64,000 nucleotides of DNA from the NCBI GenBank assembly GCA_963662435.1, contig OY759598.1:776507-840506 (forward strand), read 5' to 3'. The DNA comes from Dehalococcoidia bacterium (lineage in GTDB: Bacteria > Chloroflexota > Dehalococcoidia > Lucifugimonadales > VXLM01). Under the pieces are notes generated by a model. The model did not search any database, was not told the DNA's origin, and worked only from the letters and a program-made list of their open reading frames with translations. Of this stretch, positions 58,615-64,000 are shown piece after piece. The position numbers and the translations under genes were made by a program. Numbering within the stretch: the stretch's first letter is position 1; each line of letters begins with the position of its first letter.

Positions 58615-58830
58615 GTGATTACCATGCATGACAGACTACTGAGGCGTCGAGACGTTGAGAGGATCACGGGCATGAGCCGCGCCTCGATCTACCGGCTGAT
58701 GCAGAAGGGCGTTTTTCCACGTCCCGTGAAGGTCGGTTCTACCGCCGTCAGGTGGAAGGAGAGCGACATCGCCGCTTGGATAGAGTCCCGACCTGTGGCG
58801 ACGAGCGAACTCGACTCGAACGCCGCCTGA
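58615..58830 (+). CDS. AlpA-family regulator/excisionase
   Basis: LLRRRDVERITGMSRASIYRLM...FPRPVK...VRWKESDI. Confidence 0.92.
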   Translation: MITMHDRLLRRRDVERITGMSRASIYRLMQKGVFPRPVKVGSTAVRWKESDIAAWIESRPVATSELDSNAA

Positions 58831-58855
58831 GAATCGCCGAGTCGGCATGGCGCGA

Positions 58856-60004
58856 CTAGGCCGCGAGGTAGTCCGCCCACTGCTGCATGAGCGTCCGGCG
58901 ACGGTCGAAAAGGTCGGACCGGGCATATGCCTGCTCCACGCTGCCGCCGAGTTGATGCGCAAGTGCCGCCTCCCCGACCGCCCAGGGCGTGTCCGTCAGT
59001 TCCATGGTCCACGTCTTGAAGGACGTTCGGAACCCGTGAACGGTCGCCTGGTCCGCGAGGCCGGCCTTACGGAGTATATTCGTCAGGGTCATGTCGCTCA
59101 GCATCCGGCCGGGCCGCAGCGGGGACGGGAAGCACAGCCTGGAACCGTCTTCAAGTTGCTGGGCCAGCATCAACACGTCGAGGGCCTGGTCGTTCAGGGG
59201 TACCCTATGCTCAACGCCTGCCTTCATCCGCGAGCCGGGTATCGTCCAGGCCGCATCCTCTATATCAATCTCGTCCCAAGTTGCTCCCCTTGCCTCGCCG
59301 GAACGCGCCGCCGTGAGAACCAGGAATTTCAGACAGTGTTTCGAAGCAGGTGACGTCTGAGACGCATCGACGGTCCTCAGTGCCGGTCCCACCTCCCGGT
59401 AGGGAAGCGCCCTGAGATGTGCCTTGACCTTGGGCATAGAAGGCAGTGCGCCGTCTATGGCTTCTCCAGCAGGGTTGTTCTCGATCAACTCACTCGCCAT
59501 CGCCCACCTGAAAATCGTTCGCATCCTCTGCCGCACTCGCCGGGCAGTCTCGGGGCGTGACGACCAGATGGGCGTTAGGACAGTCAACACGTCGGTGCGG
59601 CTTATCGTGTCGATAGGCTTGCTGCCGATCTTGGGGAAGGCGTGACGCTCGAGGGTCTGAATCCATGCCCGCGTGTGGCTCCCGTTGCGCCAACGAGGCT
59701 TGTTGGCTTCGTGGACTGCATAGGCGGCGTCGCTGAAAGTAGGGTTCGAGGGCTTCCGCTTGTCCGCTACAGGATCCCTTCCATTCCCAATCGCCTCGCG
59801 GTTGTCAGATGCCCGCTTCCTCGCCTGACCCAGCGAAACCTTCGGATACCCGCCCAGGCCGATGTCGCGCCGTCGACCGTCAACGGTTATCCGCTGCACC
59901 CAGCTCTTGCGGCCTTTCTTGTTTATGAATAGGTGCAGACCGTCGCCGTCCGAATAGCGGCCAGGGTCCTTTAGCGCCCTCACCCTTGTTGCCGATAGCT
60001 TCAC
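58856..60004 (-). CDS. P4-like tyrosine integrase with arm-binding domain
   Basis: DGDGLHL, GLGGYP, TAARSGE, MKAG, HGFR, LAH, AYAR (R-K-H-R-H-Y); adjacent to the tRNA 3' end; start GTG 60004 or ATG 60028. Confidence 0.95.
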   Translation of the reverse strand: MKLSATRVRALKDPGRYSDGDGLHLFINKKGRKSWVQRITVDGRRRDIGLGGYPKVSLGQARKRASDNREAIGNGRDPVADKRKPSNPTFSDAAYAVHEANKPRWRNGSHTRAWIQTLERHAFPKIGSKPIDTISRTDVLTVLTPIWSSRPETARRVRQRMRTIFRWAMASELIENNPAGEAIDGALPSMPKVKAHLRALPYREVGPALRTVDASQTSPASKHCLKFLVLTAARSGEARGATWDEIDIEDAAWTIPGSRMKAGVEHRVPLNDQALDVLMLAQQLEDGSRLCFPSPLRPGRMLSDMTLTNILRKAGLADQATVHGFRTSFKTWTMELTDTPWAVGEAALAHQLGGSVEQAYARSDLFDRRRTLMQQWADYLAA

Positions 60005-60026
60005 TCCGTGTAAACCTCCCCGATTC

Positions 60027-60047
60027 ATTACCACAAAAATTACCACA
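60027..60047. promoter_or_regulatory. Tandem ATTACCACA repeats, putative integrase arm-type sites
   Basis: ATTACCACA at 60027-35 and 60039-47, between integrase and tRNA. Confidence 0.5.
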
Positions 60048-60197
60048 CTTGACGCGAGATAACAAGGGATTGTGGGAGATCGGCGGGGATGTCTCAGTTG
60101 GACGAAACGGGCTTACTTGACACTTGAAACAGCTACGAAATGGGTGCTTACGGAGACTATCAGAGGTAGTTTGAGAACGGGCGAGAAAGGGTGTTAG

Positions 60198-60273
60198 TGG
60201 TGGAGATAGGGGGACTCGAACCCCCAACCTCGGCATTGCGAACGCCGCGCTCTCCCAGTTGAGCTATATCCCC
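60198..60273 (-). tRNA. tRNA-Ala (anticodon CGC), ICE integration site
   Basis: 76-nt cloverleaf GGGGATATAGCTCAACTGGGAGAGCG...TTCGCAA...GTTCGAGTC...CTCCACCA; G3:U70; encoded CCA. Confidence 0.97.
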
Positions 60274-60356
60274 ACGGTGTCGGTAGCGGGACTCAGTATA
60301 TCTCACAGAGCGGAACTGGGTCTAGGTAGGGTACGTGTTGTGTTCGCGTTCGGCCC

Positions 60357-60830
60357 TTATGCGGAAGTTAGATGCTTCCCGCCAACTGCTTCTCTGATTG
60401 CACGGGCGCTATTGTCGAGGGCTTCACGTTCGGGGAGGTTGCAGTAGTCACCGGAGAGTCGAAGACCGAAGCCGTCTTTGTGGTAGCGTGGGATGAGGTG
60501 GAGATGGAAGTGAAATACCTCCTGGCCGGCGGCCTCTCCGTCGGCGACGAGCCAGTTGACTCCATCGCATCCGAATGTCTTGTAGAGCGCTCTCGTGATT
60601 CGGCGGGCAACCGCGAAGAGATGGGCGGTGGTCGAGTCGTCCAAGTCTGCAATTCCTGGCGTGTGGGCTGTTGGGACTAGCAGGGTGTGTCCTTCGTTGA
60701 TTGGCTGGATGTCCATGAACGCCATAATGGTGTCATCCCGATGTACCAAGCTCGTCGGCAGTTGCCCGGCTCTAATCTTGCAGAATACGCATGAGTCCAT
60801 TGGGTCTTGTGATGCATGGTTTTTTGTCAC
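60357..60830 (-). CDS. HIT-family hydrolase
   Basis: CVFCKI, GHTLLVP, GQEVFHFHLHLIPR. Confidence 0.93.
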   Translation of the reverse strand: MTKNHASQDPMDSCVFCKIRAGQLPTSLVHRDDTIMAFMDIQPINEGHTLLVPTAHTPGIADLDDSTTAHLFAVARRITRALYKTFGCDGVNWLVADGEAAGQEVFHFHLHLIPRYHKDGFGLRLSGDYCNLPEREALDNSARAIREAVGGKHLTSA

Positions 60831-63334
60831 AGGGACTTGACGGCGTCTTCGATGGCTGCAGTCGCATCTTGGTAGTCGGTGTCAGGAGGCATAAGGAGGG
60901 GTTCGCCCATGCATATTTCTACGCTCCCTCGCGGAAGGATAGGGAATCGCGAGGGGAATCCCAGCTTGTGGATGTGGAGGCGGATCGGGACGACGGTAAG
61001 GCGGCCTTCGACGGCGACGAGACCGGCACCACTCATGAAGGGTTTGATGGGGCCTCCGACGGTGAGCTCGCCTTCGGGGTAGATTAGTACGGACCAGCCG
61101 TCGTCGATGATCTTGCCCATGTTTTCGAGGCTGGGGCGGATGGCACCCTCCTTGGCGAGGGGGAAGCCGTTGCCCAGCAGAGGGTTCATCAGCCAGAAGA
61201 TGGGGTTCCTCCAGAGCTGGGCGGCTCCGGCAATGGCCATACGGCGCCGGAGCCTGTTGGGAATAGCCCTAATGATGAGTGGGTTATCGAGTCCGAGGCT
61301 GTGGTTGGATGCGAAGAGGACGGGGCCGGTGACACCTTCAAGTCTCTCACGGCCGGTAATCTTGAGGTTGTAGGGGATACTGACGATGGGGAAAATGACT
61401 GCCCGTTGTATGAAGCCGCGCAGGATGCGACACCACCAGCGCATGCCCCAGGCGGGAAAGCTCATCATGGGCGGGTTCTTGGACCCTTCGTCGACCATAT
61501 CGGTCAGGTGTTTGACGGTGGTTTCCGGCTCCAGTTGGTTCTCATCCATGTATACACCGAGCTCCGCCTCAATAGCTGAGAGAAGCTCGACGCGCCCGAG
61601 GGAATCGAGGTCGAGGTCGTCGCCGAGGGTTGCTTCGGGCGTGATGTCCGACAGGTCTCTTTTGCTGACCTCGGCGATGATGTGGGCAATGCCTCTTGGT
61701 CCGCCCGAAGAACCACTCCCAGAGGTTGCTGCGTTGGGTCTCTCCGGCTGAATCTTGCCGAGGATGGTGTCAATGACGATGCGTTTCTTGACTTTGAGGG
61801 TGTGCGTCCGAGGGAAGTCCTCTTCGGGCCATACGGTGAAGCCTCGGACTCTCTGTTGCTCAGCCAGGCGTTCGTTGGTCCAGGAAACGGCTTCCTGGGC
61901 GGTATCGGGGTTATCCAGAATGAGGGCGGCATGGACCTCGACAGTCGAGCCTCTTGAGAGACCGACGACGGCAGCATCGGTGACATTCGGGTGCTTGGTG
62001 AGCACGGCCTGGATGTCTTCGGGAAAGACGTTTTGGCCGCTGGGTAGCACAATCATGTCCTTGAGGCGGCCCTGAATGTGCAGGAATCCCTCGTCGTCGA
62101 AGTAGCCAAGGTCTCCCGTGCGGTACCATTCGCCTTCGAAGGCCGCTGCGGTCTCTTCCGGCGCGCGCCAATAGCCGGGGGTGACGTTGTCGCCGCGCAC
62201 GAGGATTTCGCCTGCATCGCTGATCGTAACCTCTACGTTGGGGAGCGGGCGACCGGTGGAGTCGATGCGGCGTTCCTCAATTGTGTGGTTACTTATGACG
62301 GGAGAGGCCTCGGTAGCGCCGTAGCCCTGTACGATCTTGACGCCGAGGAGCTCCCACTTTTTCCCAAGATCGGGGTCGAGTGCAGCGCCTCCGGAGACAA
62401 CGAAATCGAGCTTGCCGCCGAACTGCTTGTGGACGCGGCGGAAGAGGATGCGACGGAGACGGAAGGGCGTTCGCTCGGCGATCTTGAGGAGCTTGTCCCA
62501 TAGGGCCTTCTTGCCCTGTCGCGCTATCTCGCGCTCGATGCCGTTCATGAGGAGTTCGAGTCCTTGGGGGACGAGGAGCAGGATAGTGATCCTGCGCTCG
62601 CGCATGGTGCGGGCAAGGACGGTAGGCTGGCGGCTCGTAGGGTAGGTGACGCTCGCGCCGGAGTTGAGGGCGACGAAGAGGCCTCCCATCTGCTCGTACA
62701 TGTGACTGAGCGGAAGGATGGAGAGGAGTCTACTGGAAGGATCGCAGGAGATGTAGTGCGAGATGCCCTCGATGTTGGCTGTCAGGTTCCTATGGGTGAG
62801 CATGACCCCCTTCGGATCACCAGTAGTGCCGGAGGTGAACATGATCTCGACGAGGTCGTCTGGGGAGATGTCCACATCTTTAGGCGAGGGCAATTCGGCG
62901 ATGGATTCTTCAAGCTGCTCGAATGTTAGTTCAGGAATTCCGAGGTCTACGTTTTCCGTTGGCGTGAAGCGGGAGGTGAAAGCCAATTTCGGGTCAGTTC
63001 GGGAGATCACTCGCTCCACGTAGTCCGGGGCGCTTCGGAGATCGAGGGGGATGACAACGACCCCCGCCCTCACGCATCCGAAGAAGATCAGCACCCAGTG
63101 GGGCGAGTTCGGTCCCCAGAGGACTACTTGATCTCCCTTTGTGAGGCCGCGGCTTTGGAGTAGGGAAGCGACCCTGCCGGAGTCTTCCCATAGGCGTGAG
63201 TAGCTCCAGCGGAGGTAACGGAACACCGGCTTGATCAGAAGGGCGTCGCGGGAGCCGTGAGCTTCAGCCGCCGTGCGAAGGAAATCGACGAGGGTCTTGC
63301 CGATGGGGGCGTTGGCTGAATCGACATTTGTCAT
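60827..63334 (-). CDS. Acyl-CoA synthetase - ACP - PlsC-type acyltransferase fusion
   Basis: FTSGTTGDPKG, QGYGATE, YRTGD; LDSL phosphopantetheine site; NHSLGLD and YPEG. Confidence 0.92.
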   Translation of the reverse strand: MTNVDSANAPIGKTLVDFLRTAAEAHGSRDALLIKPVFRYLRWSYSRLWEDSGRVASLLQSRGLTKGDQVVLWGPNSPHWVLIFFGCVRAGVVVIPLDLRSAPDYVERVISRTDPKLAFTSRFTPTENVDLGIPELTFEQLEESIAELPSPKDVDISPDDLVEIMFTSGTTGDPKGVMLTHRNLTANIEGISHYISCDPSSRLLSILPLSHMYEQMGGLFVALNSGASVTYPTSRQPTVLARTMRERRITILLLVPQGLELLMNGIEREIARQGKKALWDKLLKIAERTPFRLRRILFRRVHKQFGGKLDFVVSGGAALDPDLGKKWELLGVKIVQGYGATEASPVISNHTIEERRIDSTGRPLPNVEVTISDAGEILVRGDNVTPGYWRAPEETAAAFEGEWYRTGDLGYFDDEGFLHIQGRLKDMIVLPSGQNVFPEDIQAVLTKHPNVTDAAVVGLSRGSTVEVHAALILDNPDTAQEAVSWTNERLAEQQRVRGFTVWPEEDFPRTHTLKVKKRIVIDTILGKIQPERPNAATSGSGSSGGPRGIAHIIAEVSKRDLSDITPEATLGDDLDLDSLGRVELLSAIEAELGVYMDENQLEPETTVKHLTDMVDEGSKNPPMMSFPAWGMRWWCRILRGFIQRAVIFPIVSIPYNLKITGRERLEGVTGPVLFASNHSLGLDNPLIIRAIPNRLRRRMAIAGAAQLWRNPIFWLMNPLLGNGFPLAKEGAIRPSLENMGKIIDDGWSVLIYPEGELTVGGPIKPFMSGAGLVAVEGRLTVVPIRLHIHKLGFPSRFPILPRGSVEICMGEPLLMPPDTDYQDATAAIEDAVKSL

Positions 63335-63346
63335 TACTGTCTCCCG

Positions 63347-64000
63347 TCACATAGTGGCCCGACGTGCGGCGTATTCTTCAATCATTTTCCGGAGGGCCAC
63401 TCGGGGGCTCTTGCGCATGGTCGGGAAATGACTGAAGCATATGATATCGAAATCGAGGTCAAGAAGCTTTTCAAGCGAGCGCAGAGCTCTCACCGGATCC
63501 TTGGTGACGCCTTCCGCGGGTGGGCTGAGTTTCAACGAGAACTTGTACTGCAGCGCGTCGCCGACGATGATGACGCGTTTGGTTGGCAAGTGCAGGGCGA
63601 TGCTGCCGTCGGTGTGCCCGGGGAGGTGAACAACTCGCACCTCCGTGCTGAACGGGATGATGTCGCCGTCTTCCAGCGGCATGTCGACGGGGACGGGGTC
63701 TCCCATGAGCTTGGGGAGCACGGGTTCCGCCACCTTGGCGAGCAACTCGTTTTTCAGCGGGTTCGGAGGCGTGGTCGTGCCCGATATGATGTCAGCGTCA
63801 AGCCGATGGGCAGCAACCTTGATTTCGGTTCCATCTACGAATTCGCTGAGTCCGCCGCAGTGGTCGGGGTGGGCATGGGTGATAACGACCGATTCTATGT
63901 GATGGAGTGCGAGTCCCAGGTCCTTAAGGCCGCGGGTTATGGAGAGAAGGCTTCCTTGAAGTCCCGTGTCGACCAAGAGGGCTCGGCCGTTTTCGATCAG
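63347..64000 (-). CDS. MBL-fold metallo-hydrolase (5' end beyond the window)
   Basis: LVDTG, THAHPDHCG, PGHTDGS, GD, FSH. Confidence 0.9.
   Translation of the reverse strand: MIENGRALLVDTGLQGSLLSITRGLKDLGLALHHIESVVITHAHPDHCGGLSEFVDGTEIKVAAHRLDADIISGTTTPPNPLKNELLAKVAEPVLPKLMGDPVPVDMPLEDGDIIPFSTEVRVVHLPGHTDGSIALHLPTKRVIIVGDALQYKFSLKLSPPAEGVTKDPVRALRSLEKLLDLDFDIICFSHFPTMRKSPRVALRKMIEEYAARRATM

Noticed and set aside
57268..60004. Prophage
   Set aside because: Integrase, repressor and AlpA are present but there are no capsid, terminase or tail genes; T4SS genes indicate an ICE

Overview
About 60 kb of this GC-rich window is the right-hand part of a large integrative conjugative element (ICE) inserted at tRNA-Ala(CGC) (60198-60273, minus strand). 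The other att site was not seen and probably lies left of the window. From left to right the element carries: (i) defence cargo: a PLD-SNF2 helicase, a DUF262+HEPN pair and a complete type I-G CRISPR-Cas locus with 30 identical repeats; (ii) a PRTRC-type prokaryotic ubiquitin-like module (Ubl, E2, JAB, E1/ThiF); (iii) an IS1182 with IRs and target duplication; (iv) a decaying NO-detoxification module (qNor with an in-frame TGA, cupin-globin fusion, PAS-LuxR); (v) an ion-transport cluster (CNNM, CorA, K+ channel, MFS, YihY) in which three proteins share a 22-residue Ala/Gly/Val-rich repeat domain; (vi) a monoderm-type conjugation module (VirB6, pilins, PrgI, VirB4, VirD4, Replic_Relax relaxase); (vii) a DUF3800 gene followed by a strongly structured ~230-nt non-coding region; (viii) an ImmA/ImmR-like switch, HTH genes, AlpA and a tyrosine integrase. 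Host genes (HIT, acyl-CoA ligase-ACP-acyltransferase, MBL hydrolase) follow the tRNA. A Chloroflexota/Dehalococcoidia-like host is my impression, not a result. The best novelty candidates are the 22-mer repeat-domain transporter cluster and the DUF3800-associated structured RNA. All family calls come from motifs read by eye; no searches were run.
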